The notes: generated from the sequence alone by a model not told the origin. Positions 8,544 through 19,554 are shown, counted from the stretch's first letter. The stretch is 64,000 nt of DNA from an uncultured Alphaproteobacteria bacterium (GCA_963706365.1 OY970150.1:1468265-1532264), one strand, 5' to 3'. Translations and numbers: made by a program.

Positions 8544-10005
8544 TATAGTTTAAGAGATAAATAAACGTAAAACTGACCACCAGTTGAGTGCTAACAGCGA
8601 TAGCCGTGTGCTGGTGTTTTACGGAAAGCAGGCTGTTCAGTTCGGGCAGAATCTGCCCTGTCCAGCCTTGTAATTGCGGGCGAAACACCGCACGCAATTT
8701 TATAACAGCACCGGCAACCTGATTGTAGTACAGCATGATCGGCATAGAAGGTTGCCAATTACGACCCATTATAGTTAGGCTGTAGATTGTACGGGTAATG
8801 AGAACCCATAAAATATAGAGTGTTAACAGCGGAAGAAACGCATAGCCCTGGATGCTTGATAATAATAGCAAAACGGGAGCCGATAAGGTTGTCCACGGTG
8901 CGATAAATTGATCAGCCAGTGACCACCAGGTAAATACTGGCATGCGGTGCGGGCCGATATTAATCGCTTTGCGCCCGGCACGATACATATTGCCGTACCA
9001 TCGGCGCATTAGTGGAATAGTCTGTTGCGTGAAGGAACCCGGTTTTGGTGTTTCCAAACTAGTGACCATTACATCAGGCAAATACAGCATCTGCCAGCGT
9101 CGCTTTAACAGCCATAGCCAACTGGACTTATCCTCGCCTGTTACAAACTTAATGCGCCCATATAGCCAATGTTTGATAGTATCGTGCTGAATTTGTGTAA
9201 TAAATGAATCTTGCGTCACTAAATGCGTGCGAAATACAGAAAATCGCCCTGTTAAAACCAATAGGCATTTTGAAAGTGCCATAGAGCCCATTAACCAATG
9301 CCGCTGGCAATGTTTCAAATTATACCATTGTTGTAACATCGGGTTATCGGGTTGCACGACAGCGCGGTTATTCACTGTTAATGCCCCTAGTTTTTCATTG
9401 GCATAAAAGTAGGGGGAAACTTCTTCAAAGCAACCGTGCGGAATTAAACTATCGCCATCCATTAAAATGGTCAGCCCATTTTGTTGCTCTGGTTGCCGCT
9501 GTAAAGCACGCAAGGCACTGGCCATGGCCGGGCGTTTGCCTAATCCATTTTGTGGCTCCGTGATTAAGCGATTTTGCGCGCAGGGATATTGACGAAACAA
9601 GCTTTCCGCATATAGTTGCTCGTCATGGTTGGTAACGCTGGCAATAATGGTGATAGGGTGGGGGCTTTCTGCCGCCTCTTCAAATAACCTTCTGAAAACA
9701 GCTTCAAAAACAATTTCATCTGTCTGGTAGGACATAATAATACAGTTGATGGGGTAATCATGCGCAGCCTGCTTATACAGACAATCTGTTGCGTTTCTCT
9801 TGATGGCCGGAAAGCGTACGGTGCGATAATATAAAGAGCGCAATAAATGCAGCCCGCCCCAGCTGTAACGCCAAATACCTATAGCACCCAAGGCAAACAA
9901 AACAGCAGGAGGCTGATAGCCTTGTGGCAACATTGCCAGTATGGATAAACATAATAAACAAAGCAAAAACAAACTGATAATAAATTTGGAGAAGCTGCCT
10001 TGCAT
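8521..10005 (-). CDS. Alg8-like processive family-2 glycosyltransferase (polysaccharide synthase catalytic subunit)
   Basis: 494 aa polytopic GT2 with GIWRYSWGG near the N-terminus, DGDS, and an LMRRW (QxxRW-type) motif. Same length as Pseudomonas Alg8, and the gene order matches alg8-alg44. Confidence 0.6.
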   Translation of the reverse strand: MQGSFSKFIISLFLLCLLCLSILAMLPQGYQPPAVLFALGAIGIWRYSWGGLHLLRSLYYRTVRFPAIKRNATDCLYKQAAHDYPINCIIMSYQTDEIVFEAVFRRLFEEAAESPHPITIIASVTNHDEQLYAESLFRQYPCAQNRLITEPQNGLGKRPAMASALRALQRQPEQQNGLTILMDGDSLIPHGCFEEVSPYFYANEKLGALTVNNRAVVQPDNPMLQQWYNLKHCQRHWLMGSMALSKCLLVLTGRFSVFRTHLVTQDSFITQIQHDTIKHWLYGRIKFVTGEDKSSWLWLLKRRWQMLYLPDVMVTSLETPKPGSFTQQTIPLMRRWYGNMYRAGRKAINIGPHRMPVFTWWSLADQFIAPWTTLSAPVLLLLSSIQGYAFLPLLTLYILWVLITRTIYSLTIMGRNWQPSMPIMLYYNQVAGAVIKLRAVFRPQLQGWTGQILPELNSLLSVKHQHTAIAVSTQLVVSFTFIYLLNYIVIQYGR

Positions 10006-10084
10006 ACAGTGGTACTAAAATACAACACTGTAAAAAGTAAAGAAAAATATTCTTAAAAATCAACTATTGGCCTATGCTTAGAAA

Positions 10085-11368
10085 GTGAAAAGGTATCTTC
10101 CACGCAGTTTATTTGGCCGTATTCTTATGATTATACTGTTGCCAATTATTTTGGTGCAGTTGCTTTCAACCTATTTTTTCCTCGAAAGGCATTGGGATAC
10201 TGTGTCTAGGCGACTAGCTATTTCACTGGCTAATGACATTGAACTGTTATTGAATCTTGAAGAAAATAACACAAAAGCGCAAAAAATACTGCAAGTACGC
10301 ATGCAACCTGTAGAAACAAATTGGCAAAACTTGCCATCTACAGCCAAGCCTTTTGGCTACCCGGCCTTAAAAAAAGAATTGAATAACCGGTTTCCCTACC
10401 CTTTTTATGTAACCAATGCCGGGGAAGATACTCTGGCTATTTATATCAAAAAGCCGGATCAAATTTGGCTATTTTCAGCCAATCACAAGCGCCTGTATAG
10501 TATTACTGTTTATCTTTACGTGCTAATTTCAACAATAATGGCGGTTATTTTAGCGACTATAGCCGTGCTATTTTCTCGTAATCAAATAAGGCCTATTCGT
10601 AGCCTGGCAAAAGCGATGATCCAGTTTGGTAAAACCAATCATGTGGTGCCTTTAAAGCCAAGTGGCGCAAGGGAAATACAGCTGGCTGCCACCGCTTTTA
10701 ATCGGATGCAGCAACGCATTAAAAACCAGGTAGAAGAGCGCACCTTTATGCTGGCGGGCATATCCCATGATTTGCGTACCCCTATTGCCCGCATGAAACT
10801 GGAATTAGCCATGCTACCGGATGAAACGGCTGGCAATTTCAAGCTAGATCTGAGAGAAATGGAGCATTTAATTAATAGCTATATTGAATTTGTAGAGGCG
10901 GGGCAGCATCATCAAAAAGAAGAGATTAGTTTGATAGATCTTTTAGAAGAGAGCATCCAGGATGTTCCTCAGTCAAACAGAGATAAAATACAGCTGCTTG
11001 CAAAGGAAAGTATTAGTGTTAAGCTGGACAGAAAAGCAACAAAGCGCTGTTTCTTAAACATACTATTAAACGCATGTCGCTATGGCAATAAAGTTGAAGT
11101 TTATGTTCAACGTAAAAAGAATTATTGTCGCATTTGTTTTCATAACGATGGTGAATCTATTCCTTTAACCGATCAGGAAAAGATATTTCAACCATTCTAC
11201 TCCGCTGATGGCAGTCATCAGCAAGGGGCTGGTTTAGGTTTGGCAATTTGCAAGGATATTATCGAACGGCATAATGGTATTATCTATGTTAATAATAATT
11301 TTCGCACGGATGGTGCAACAATTTGTATTGAACTGCCTCTAAAAGCTTACCCCAAAACCCACGTATAA
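10085..11368 (+). CDS. sensor histidine kinase, EnvZ-like (2 TM, HAMP, HisKA, HATPase)
   Basis: H-box GISHDLRTPIARM and G-box GAGLGLAICKDIIERHNG. No response regulator is adjacent. The last 5 codons and the stop (PKTHV*) lie in a solo MITE-B-type terminal inverted repeat. Confidence 0.8.
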   Translation: MKRYLPRSLFGRILMIILLPIILVQLLSTYFFLERHWDTVSRRLAISLANDIELLLNLEENNTKAQKILQVRMQPVETNWQNLPSTAKPFGYPALKKELNNRFPYPFYVTNAGEDTLAIYIKKPDQIWLFSANHKRLYSITVYLYVLISTIMAVILATIAVLFSRNQIRPIRSLAKAMIQFGKTNHVVPLKPSGAREIQLAATAFNRMQQRIKNQVEERTFMLAGISHDLRTPIARMKLELAMLPDETAGNFKLDLREMEHLINSYIEFVEAGQHHQKEEISLIDLLEESIQDVPQSNRDKIQLLAKESISVKLDRKATKRCFLNILLNACRYGNKVEVYVQRKKNYCRICFHNDGESIPLTDQEKIFQPFYSADGSHQQGAGLGLAICKDIIERHNGIIYVNNNFRTDGATICIELPLKAYPKTHV

Positions 11369-11373
11369 GTTGT

Positions 11374-11540
11374 AAGAGTTTACACCAAAACCCACGCAAA
11401 AGTTGAATTTTGTCTTTTTCGCTGCAAATTCCTTTGAAAAAGATACGAAATAGCCCGCTAGTCCGCCCTTTCCCAAAGAAATTTTCACAGAAAAATACTT
11501 CTTTCAACTTATACGTGGGTTTCCGCGTAAGCTCTAAAGA
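11374..11540 (+). repeat. MITE family B (copy 2), preceded by a solo TIR at 11343-11373
   Basis: taagagtttacaccaaaacccacgcaaaagttgaatttt ... ttcaacttatacgtgggtttccgcgtaagctctaaaga. It fills the convergent hisK/pyrB intergenic region. Confidence 0.8.
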
Positions 11541-11550
11541 TTTGGGCTCA

Positions 11551-12471
11551 TTAGCGAACATAGTGCTCTAAAATCGCCATGCGCATGGCAACGCCCAGGG
11601 TTACCTGTTGTTGAATAATGGTATTAGGGTGGTTGTCTAAAAGTTCATCGGTAATTTCAAAGCCACGATTAACAGGGCCAGGATGCATAACGATGGCGGA
11701 TGATTTGGCAAATGAAAGTTTTTCATTTGTTAAAGAGTAATGTTTTTTATAACTTTCGTCATCAATATTAATGGCTTGCATACGCTCCCGCTGCATGCGC
11801 AGCATCATTATAACGTCAGTATCTTTTAAGCCTTGTTCCATGTCTGTATAAGTTTGGCCGTTAACAGCTGTGTCTGGCATCAAAATTTCTGGCGCAATAA
11901 TGCGCACTGTTGCGCCCAAAGATGACAGTAGTTTAATATTACTATGGGCAACCCGGCTATGCTTGATGTCGCCGCAAATGGCGATGGTTAAATCGTTAAA
12001 ATTCTTACCAATTTTTTCTGCGTGAAGTTTGATGGCCAAGGCATCTTGCAATGCCTGCGTTGGGTGTTCCAAGGTGCCGGTGCCCGCGTTTATAACCGGG
12101 CAATCTACATATTTAGACAATTCAATGGCTTTATCGTTTTCCTGGTGGCGTAAAACAACGGCATCTGGGTACATGGCATTAAGTGTCAAGGCGGTGTCCT
12201 TAAAGCTTTCACCCTTTAAAACAGAACTTTTTTCAACCTGTACATTAATAGTTTGCCCGCCCAAACGCTGGGTTGCCATTTGAAAACTAACCAAAGTTCG
12301 AGTAGAGTTTTCAAAAAATAACAGAATTATATTTTTGTTTTCTAATGGCTTTTGATGAAATTCCAGCCTATTTTCATAGAAAAAATTAGCGCGTTTGAAT
12401 AACTGTTGTAATTGCTCAGATGTAACATTATCAACAGTCAGCAGGCTATTTGCTAGAATATTATCCACCAA
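11551..12471 (-). CDS. pyrB: aspartate carbamoyltransferase catalytic subunit
   Basis: STRTLVSFQ and HPTQALQD motifs. 306 aa. Confidence 0.85.
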   Translation of the reverse strand: MVDNILANSLLTVDNVTSEQLQQLFKRANFFYENRLEFHQKPLENKNIILLFFENSTRTLVSFQMATQRLGGQTINVQVEKSSVLKGESFKDTALTLNAMYPDAVVLRHQENDKAIELSKYVDCPVINAGTGTLEHPTQALQDALAIKLHAEKIGKNFNDLTIAICGDIKHSRVAHSNIKLLSSLGATVRIIAPEILMPDTAVNGQTYTDMEQGLKDTDVIMMLRMQRERMQAINIDDESYKKHYSLTNEKLSFAKSSAIVMHPGPVNRGFEITDELLDNHPNTIIQQQVTLGVAMRMAILEHYVR

Positions 12472-12604
12472 TAATCACGTTATAATTGAATAAATTGTTG
12501 CAATTTTTATAATAATTGGCTAAATTGCAATATATAGAAGGTTTAATGGAATTTTTACACTGCCGCATTTATATTAAAACTAACAATTTTCAGGAAACAC
12601 ATCA

Positions 12605-13652
12605 ATGATTTTAACGGCGAACGCTAAAAACAATTTTGAAGAGGAAAAACAGTTTTTACGCGATGTATTTGAAAAAGAAGATCGTAATGGCTCTTCATTT
12701 TATATTTATAACTATGACCAGCGTTATTACAAAGTGCTTTCCGCCTGTGCCAAACTGCGGCTAAAAACACGTAATCTGCCAGAAGGCAACCCGCATTACA
12801 TTGAAATAAATGGCGATGACTGGGCGCGTATCATGGAAGATAATGAAGCCGCTGAAAAAGCAGCAGGAAAAAAAATCAACGTCGCAACAAGAAAAGAAAC
12901 CTTCTCAAAACGCTGAAAATTCAAAACGGGCAGAGCAGAAAAACAAAAAAGAAAATGTTGTGCCCATCAAACAGCATGAAGATGCGGCACCCAAAAAGAA
13001 TACTTTCAGCCTTTATGATGATGAAGAAACTGAAAAATATGATCCATTTGGTTCACTGAAAAACAATAAAGAAAAACAAGCGAGCCAACCACAACAATTT
13101 GAGATAGAGCAATCTGAATCAGAGCCAGACATTGAATCCGCCATTGAAGACCTAGTGAATCAACAAAAACCTGAAGAAGTTTATGTTCCTGAGCAGCCTG
13201 TTGAACAGGAAGCGAGGCCAGAACCTATGTCGCAAACAGCGCCTGCAGAACAGAAAGAAGAACCTATTATGCAACAAGCACCCGTTAATACCGCAAAAAA
13301 ATCTGATGAAGCAACGCAAAGCAATGCACCGCAACACAATCAATCCGATGACGAGAACCGTTTTCAAGGCGGTGGCAAACGATTAGAAGCCCTTCGTCAA
13401 CGTGAAAAAGCGGTGCAAATTCGTGAGCAAGCGGTTGATTCCAGAGAAGAAGAGCTTGATGCTGCTGAGCAGGATCTCATTAAAAAACAACAGTCTATGC
13501 AGCAAGATAAACAACGCCTGGATACACAGCGTCAGCAAATAGAAGAAGTGCGCAGCAAGGTTAATTCCGAGCAGCAAGAGCTGAAAAAAGCCCGTCAAAG
13601 CCTTGAAAAGCTTTCACAAGCACTTTCTGAAACAATGGATGTCTTGTCTTAA
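12605..13652 (+). CDS. hypothetical highly charged coiled-coil protein, apparently frameshifted at an A8 tract
   Basis: Two overlapping ORFs (12605-12916 and 12810-13652) are joined by a +1/-1 shift at aaaaaaaa (12868-12875). The C-terminal part is a Lys/Glu/Gln-rich low-complexity region followed by a coiled coil. Confidence 0.4.
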
Positions 13653-13847
13653 AAGCTTGCGCGGAAAGCTTTTAGAGATTAGAAGCTTTTACTGCCCTCT
13701 AGCTAAAGCCAATTGCCTTTATACAGTGTCGATCTTATTTTAGACGGCGCAATTAAGAACTAGTCAGCTAAAACTGGCAATTTATCTTTCGCTCAAAAAT
13801 ATACCTGAAAACCTAAATCACAAGTTTTAGGCGACTGGTTCGTATTT

Positions 13848-14420
13848 TTAATCCGGACTAACGGCATCTAGATCTTGTAGGCCTACGCCCGCCGCGCGAA
13901 ACGCCGGGTTAATGGGTAAGCCTAAAGCGGCCACGGCTGTATCATCCAGCAAGCCGGGGCTGTTGCTTTGAACCTGTGCTACCAACTGGGTTAAAATAAC
14001 TTGTTGTTCTTCTTCTGGAAAAGCACTGGCTGTTACAATCAAAATTTCTGCAACATTTGTAGGGTCAGCGGCCACAATAGCAGCCACAATATCGGCTAGC
14101 TGATTCTGTATAGCCGCATTATCGCTGTTTGCTAATTGTTGTGCCAATAGGGAGGCTGTGCCGGATGAGCCGTTATTAACAGCAAAACTTGCAATCTGTT
14201 GGCTAAGAGAGGGGTTGGCAATGGCCAAGGTTGCGGCCGCCTGAGAACAAATTGCTGTATTGTCTACATTATCAGGTGATGTATTCGCCTCGTTTTGTAC
14301 ACAAGCGGCATTCAACGCAGTGCTGATATCTGTTGGCAAAGCTGTTTGTGCCAGGCTTGCATTGGCTTGAAAAAAAGTAAGGGCAGCCAGGCTAAACAAA
14401 GAAGCAGTCTTTATCATCAT
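13848..14420 (-). CDS. secreted Ala/Gln/Asn-rich low-complexity protein with signal peptide
   Basis: N-terminus MMIKTASLFSLAALTFFQANASLAQ, with an AXA cleavage-site-like motif. 190 aa. Confidence 0.45.
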   Translation of the reverse strand: MMIKTASLFSLAALTFFQANASLAQTALPTDISTALNAACVQNEANTSPDNVDNTAICSQAAATLAIANPSLSQQIASFAVNNGSSGTASLLAQQLANSDNAAIQNQLADIVAAIVAADPTNVAEILIVTASAFPEEEQQVILTQLVAQVQSNSPGLLDDTAVAALGLPINPAFRAAGVGLQDLDAVSPD

Positions 14421-14573
14421 TTTTTGTTCCTTTTGAAGAAAACAATACTAGTATATTTTTAAAATAAAAGCATTAACATTAGAAATATCACCGGGCGCGA
14501 TGCTGGATGTGGTATGATTGCCACGACTGATTAAAGGGTTTATGCCTTTTATGAAAGTGCTTATAACCATCTC

Positions 14574-17252
14574 ATGATTAAAACACTGTCGCGCGGTATT
14601 TTCGGTTCTGCCAATGATCGCCTGGTTAAAAAATTAAGTAAACGCATCAATAAAATCAATGCGTTGGAACCAGAAATGCAGGCTCTTTCAGATGATCAAC
14701 TAAAAGCAAAAACCCAAGAATTTCGCCAACGTCTTGAAACTGGTGAAGATTTAGATAATATGGTTTCTGAAGTTTTCGCAACGGTTCGCGAAGCCTCGCA
14801 ACGCTGTATGGGAATGCGCCATTTTGATGTGCAGCTGGTGGGCGGGCTGGTTTTGCATAACGGGATGATTACTGAAATGCGAACCGGGGAGGGGAAAACT
14901 CTTGTTGCAACCCTAGCGGCCTATTTAAATGCCTTGTCGGGCAAGGGGGTGCATGTGGTAACCGTAAATGATTACCTAGCCAAGCGAGACGCCCAGTGGA
15001 TGAGCAAGCTTTATGAATTTCTAGGGCTTTCCTGTGCCTACATAATAAACGGCCTGGACGATAGAGAGCGTAAGGCTGCCTATCAATGTGACATTACATA
15101 CGCTACGAATAACGAGTTAGGCTTTGATTACTTGCGGGATAATATGAAATTCCGCGTGGAAGAAATGGTGCAACGCCCTTTGAACTATGCCGTTATTGAT
15201 GAAGTAGATAGTATCTTAATTGATGAAGCCCGAACGCCTCTTATTATCTCTGGCCCGGCTGAAAGTTCTAGCGAACTTTACATAAAAGTGAATGCATTAA
15301 TTGGTAGACTGGATGATAGCGCCGTTAGTATTGATGAAAAGCACAGAAATCTTAGCTTAACCGAACATGGTCAGCAACAGCTGGAAGAACTATTAAAGGA
15401 AACCGGTTTAATTCAACATGGCGGTTTGTATGATATTCATAACGTCAATTTATTGCACCATGCGCAGCAGGCTATTAAGGCGTGGCGGCTTTATACCAAA
15501 GATAAAGATTATGTTGTGCACCAAGGCAAGGTGATGATTGTTGATGAATTTACGGGCCGCATGATGGATGGACGTCGTTTTTCTGAAGGTCTGCATCAGG
15601 CCTTGGAAGCAAAAGAGGGGGTGGAAATTCAACAGGAGAATCAAACACTAGCTTCTATTACATTTCAAAATTATTTCCGTAACTATCAAAAACTATCGGG
15701 AATGACAGGAACAGCTATGACAGAGGCGGCAGAATTTGAAGAAATTTATGGTCTTAGTGTTGTTTCCATTCCTACCAATGTGCCTGTTCAGCGGCAAGAC
15801 GAACAGGATAAAATTTACCGTACAGAAGCGGAAAAAAACATGGCTATTGTTGAAGATGTTCTGGAACGCAGTAAATCTGGCCAACCTGTTTTATTGGGAA
15901 CAACAACTATTGCTAAATCAGAACAATTATCGCAGCTGTTTAAAACGCACAAAATTAACCACTCTGTGCTAAATGCGCGGTTCCATGAACAAGAAGCGGA
16001 AATTGTGGCGAATGCCGGTGCACCAGGTGCAATCACCATTGCCACCAATATGGCCGGACGTGGAACAGATATTCAGCTGGGTGGTAATTTAGAGATGCGT
16101 TTGCATAACGCGGATGAGCCTGACGCCGTGAAGCAACAACATGCCAAAGACAAGGCAAAGGTTTTAGAAAGTGGTGGGCTGTATGTTTTGGGTTCTGAGC
16201 GGCACGAAAGCCGGCGGATAGATAATCAGTTGCGCGGTAGAGCCGGTAGACAAGGTGACCCCGGTCTATCTCTTTTCTATATTTCTATGGAAGATGATTT
16301 AATGCGTATATTCGGTTCAGAGCGCATTGACCCCTTATTAAAAAAGCTGGGCCTAAAAGATGGCGAAGCCATTACGCACCCATGGTTAAGTAAATCAATG
16401 GAGCGTGCCCAAAAACGCGTTGAAAACCGCAACTTTGAAATACGTAAAAACCTGTTGAAATATGATAATGTGATGAATGACCAGCGTACGGTTATTTATG
16501 AGCAACGCCGTGAAATTATGGAAGCAGAAGACGTGCGAGACATTATTAAAGAGTTTCGTGATGATGTGGTGTGCGATATCGTTATTTTGGCTGTTCCCCC
16601 TAAATCTTACCCCGATGATTGGGATATTGATGGGCTGGATAATGCCACCAAACGCATTCTAAACCTTGATTTACCCATTCAACAATGGGCCAAAGAAGAT
16701 GGTGTTTCAGAAGAGGAACTGATTGAGCGTATTCGCGGTGCTTCTGATCAGCACTTTGCCCATAAGCGGCAGCAATATGGCGATGATTTGCTGAAAGAAA
16801 TGGAGAAATCTATCATGCTTCAAATGCTTGATCAGGTTTGGAAAGAACATCTTTTAGCATTAGACCATCTGCGCCAGGGCATTAATTTACGTGCCTATGC
16901 CCAGAAAGACCCGCTTAATGAGTATAAACGAGAAGCCTTTGAATATTTTTCCGCTATGCTGGAGCGTTTAAAAGAAAACGTTGTAACCGTCCTTTCTAGT
17001 ATGGAAATAGAAGCTGTTCCAAGCGAACCACTTGATTTATTTGGTGCAGAAGAACAGCAAATGCAGGCGTCACACCCTTCTGTAGCACCTGAACCGGCAG
17101 AGCAGCCGAATGGAACACCGGCACACACAAGAAATCTATCAGCAACAGGAATAGACACGAACAACCCGGAAACATGGGGGCGTGTGGCGCGTAATGCCCC
17201 ATGCCCTTGTGGTTCTGGAAAGAAGTTTAAGCATTGCCATGGGGCTCTTTAG
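14574..17252 (+). CDS. secA: preprotein translocase ATPase SecA
   Basis: 892 aa. Walker motifs present and the C-terminal zinc-binding tail [14 protein letters not shown]. Confidence 0.95.
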   Translation: MIKTLSRGIFGSANDRLVKKLSKRINKINALEPEMQALSDDQLKAKTQEFRQRLETGEDLDNMVSEVFATVREASQRCMGMRHFDVQLVGGLVLHNGMITEMRTGEGKTLVATLAAYLNALSGKGVHVVTVNDYLAKRDAQWMSKLYEFLGLSCAYIINGLDDRERKAAYQCDITYATNNELGFDYLRDNMKFRVEEMVQRPLNYAVIDEVDSILIDEARTPLIISGPAESSSELYIKVNALIGRLDDSAVSIDEKHRNLSLTEHGQQQLEELLKETGLIQHGGLYDIHNVNLLHHAQQAIKAWRLYTKDKDYVVHQGKVMIVDEFTGRMMDGRRFSEGLHQALEAKEGVEIQQENQTLASITFQNYFRNYQKLSGMTGTAMTEAAEFEEIYGLSVVSIPTNVPVQRQDEQDKIYRTEAEKNMAIVEDVLERSKSGQPVLLGTTTIAKSEQLSQLFKTHKINHSVLNARFHEQEAEIVANAGAPGAITIATNMAGRGTDIQLGGNLEMRLHNADEPDAVKQQHAKDKAKVLESGGLYVLGSERHESRRIDNQLRGRAGRQGDPGLSLFYISMEDDLMRIFGSERIDPLLKKLGLKDGEAITHPWLSKSMERAQKRVENRNFEIRKNLLKYDNVMNDQRTVIYEQRREIMEAEDVRDIIKEFRDDVVCDIVILAVPPKSYPDDWDIDGLDNATKRILNLDLPIQQWAKEDGVSEEELIERIRGASDQHFAHKRQQYGDDLLKEMEKSIMLQMLDQVWKEHLLALDHLRQGINLRAYAQKDPLNEYKREAFEYFSAMLERLKENVVTVLSSMEIEAVPSEPLDLFGAEEQQMQASHPSVAPEPAEQPNGTPAHTRNLSATGIDTNNPETWGRVARNAPCPCGSGKKFKHCHGAL

Positions 17253-17264
17253 GTGACTGGTTTT

Positions 17265-17393
17265 ATAGTGCTTCCAAAATAAAACCGTGAGGGGCTGCGA
17301 GCGGCGCAAAATTTCGCTTATGTATGAAGAATACACTGCGCTCAATTTTACTTGCTCTCGCCTCCACACGGATTTATTTTGGAATCACTATAT
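17265..17393 (+). repeat. MITE family A (copy 3)
   Basis: Immediately 3' of secA. Near-identical to copy 2. Confidence 0.85.
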
Positions 17394-17457
17394 TTTGGAA
17401 GCATTATCAATAACGCCCTAATATTGTAAAAATATCCCGCCATGTAGCGGGATATTC

Positions 17458-17623
17458 CTAAGAGCTTACTCCAGAACCCACGCACAAGTTGAATTTTGTC
17501 TTTTCGCTGCAAATTCCTTTGAAAAAGATGCGAAATAGCCCACTATTCCGCCCTTTCCCAAAGAAATTTTCGCAGAAAAATACTTCTTTAAGCTTATATA
17601 TGGGGTTCCGTGCAAGTTCTAGG
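17458..17623 (+). repeat. MITE family B (copy 3, degenerate right TIR)
   Basis: cctaagagcttactccagaacccacgcacaagttgaatttt ... ttaagcttatatatggggttccgtgcaagttcta. Confidence 0.75.
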
Positions 17624-17783
17624 CGTTGTTGAAATAAGGATGAAAAGTATATTTCCAGTCTTTTCGCCCCTAAAATAGGCTTTAAATAACCCAGCTAATA
17701 TATTAGCCGAGTTATTTAAAGCCTATTTTAGGAACAAAAATCCATAAAAATCTATTTTTTTCCCTCTTATCTCAACAACGCCT
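17621..17783. repeat. palindromic element, family C
   Basis: 18-bp TIRs aggcgttgttgaaataag / cttatctcaacaacgcct. Inside is a perfect 22-bp stem (17669-17690 pairs with 17711-17732). Confidence 0.55.
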
Positions 17784-17801
17784 AAGTAAAATGAACAGCT
17801 A

Positions 17802-18497
17802 TTAAGCGGTTAAGCTTGCTAAATCAACTTTCAAACTACGTCCCATTGTGGAACTAATGCTGACGCCTTTCATATATGTTCCCTTAAGCTCGCTGGGCTT
17901 TGCTTTTAAAAGAGCATCATAAAGCGATTTAAAGTTTTCTTCCAACGCATTAGCTTCGAAGCTGGCTTTACCAATACCGGCATGAATAATACCTGTTTTT
18001 TCTGCCCGATATTCCACCTGGCCATCTTTTGCTGCTTTTACGGCTTCGGCTACGTTGGGTGTTACAGTGCCTAGTTTAGGGTTCGGCATTAAACCACGCG
18101 TACCCAAAATTTTACCCAGGCGACCAACGATACCCATCATATCTGGCGTTGCAATGCAACGCTCAAAGTTAATGTTACCGTTTTGAATTTCTTCCATCAG
18201 GTCTTCGGCACCAACAATATCGGCACCGGCTTCTTTAGCGGCTTCGGCTTTATCACCGCGAGCAAAAACAGCTACGCGAATAGATTTTCCGGTTCCGTGT
18301 GGTAAAGAGAGCATGCCACGAATGTTTTGGTCAGCTTTACGCGGATCAACCCCTAGCTTGATTGCAACGTCAATGGTTTCGTCAAATTTTGCTCTCGCAG
18401 CGGCCTTAACAAAGGCAATAGCCTCTTGCAAAGGGTGAAGGGTTTCATGATCAATAGATTGATCAATTGCCTGTAAACGTTTTGAAACTTTTGCCAT
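17802..18497 (-). CDS. rplA: 50S ribosomal protein L1
   Basis: Start taken at MAKVSKRL. L1 family. Sits 1 bp downstream of rplK. Confidence 0.9.
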   Translation of the reverse strand: MAKVSKRLQAIDQSIDHETLHPLQEAIAFVKAAARAKFDETIDVAIKLGVDPRKADQNIRGMLSLPHGTGKSIRVAVFARGDKAEAAKEAGADIVGAEDLMEEIQNGNINFERCIATPDMMGIVGRLGKILGTRGLMPNPKLGTVTPNVAEAVKAAKDGQVEYRAEKTGIIHAGIGKASFEANALEENFKSLYDALLKAKPSELKGTYMKGVSISSTMGRSLKVDLASLTA

Positions 18498-18498
18498 G

Positions 18499-18933
18499 TT
18501 ATTGATCCTCCAACACATCTAGACCCATTGATTTTGCAGAACCGGCGATCATTTGGCTGGCTGCTGCAATATCATGCGCGTTTAAATCTTGCATTTTCTT
18601 TTCTGCAATTTCCGCTATTTGGCTCATTTTAATTTTGCCAATAAAACCACGACCGGTGGTACCGGAACCTTTTTTAATGTTCACTGCCTTTTTAATAAAA
18701 TAACTAACAGGTGGTGTTTTAGTTATAAAAGTAAAGCTGCGGTCATTGTAGGCGGTAATTACAACAGGAATCGGAGTACCCGGCTCCTCATTTTGCGTTG
18801 CAGCATTGAACGCCTTACAAAATTCCATAATGTTTAGGCCACGCTGCCCCAGGGCAGGACCCACTGGCGGGGAGGGGTTGGCCTTACCCGCTTGAATTTC
18901 AAGCTTAATATAGCCTTCTATTTTCTTTCCCAT
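18499..18933 (-). CDS. rplK: 50S ribosomal protein L11
   Basis: [27 protein letters not shown]. 144 aa. Confidence 0.95.
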   Translation of the reverse strand: MGKKIEGYIKLEIQAGKANPSPPVGPALGQRGLNIMEFCKAFNAATQNEEPGTPIPVVITAYNDRSFTFITKTPPVSYFIKKAVNIKKGSGTTGRGFIGKIKMSQIAEIAEKKMQDLNAHDIAAASQMIAGSAKSMGLDVLEDQ

Positions 18934-19047
18934 TTTAATCTCCTTTCATAATGTTAAGAGTGGTAGTGCGGCAAAATGGTAAGCCTTCTACCTGTTATAG
19001 GCTGCTGCTTATAAAGGTTTTTCCGAAAAAGGCAAAAAATATTTTGA

Positions 19048-19554
19048 TTAATACTTTCTTATTTTAAGAATTAACGCAAACATCCAAGATGAACCAAATA
19101 TCAAAGTCAAGCCCACAAGCAACTTGGCTATTGAGGTAAATAGCACTAACCACAAGGATTGTGTAAAAGTTTCTAACACAGAGAATTTTATAATAATGCC
19201 TACTATGGAGGATAAGCTTGTAATACTGTTTGCAACTAAAAACAAACCGACTACCACACAGCTTGCAATTAAAAGAGGCTCTAATTCTTTAGTAATAGTG
19301 GGGGTAGAACAATTACCTGTATCCGCTATGTCGCGTATAGTCTTTTTCGTTAGCCACGCGCTTTTACGCCATATTACGATACTGAATATAAGTAAAGCTA
19401 TTCTCTGTAAAAACAGTAGTAACATTTCATGATCTGAGATGATTAAGTCAAAATCTCTTGAAGAAATCTGCATCAAAACGAGAATTGAGTGATAGGCTAT
19501 AAATAATGCGAAAAACTTCCAGCATAAAAATGTGGCCTGAAACAAGGTTAGCAT
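19048..19554 (-). CDS. hypothetical small membrane protein (AT-rich ORF)
   Basis: 168 aa with 4-5 hydrophobic helices. Occupies the position where nusG would normally sit. Confidence 0.3.
   Translation of the reverse strand: MLTLFQATFLCWKFFALFIAYHSILVLMQISSRDFDLIISDHEMLLLFLQRIALLIFSIVIWRKSAWLTKKTIRDIADTGNCSTPTITKELEPLLIASCVVVGLFLVANSITSLSSIVGIIIKFSVLETFTQSLWLVLFTSIAKLLVGLTLIFGSSWMFALILKIRKY

Noticed and set aside
11289-11561. Small ORFs translated across MITE-B copies (11289-11561 minus, 54443-54637 minus, 54481-54714 plus) sharing RKPTYKLKEVFFCENFFGKGR.
   Set aside because: The shared peptide is just the repeat read in one frame. The copies differ by frameshifts and there is no start or RBS context.
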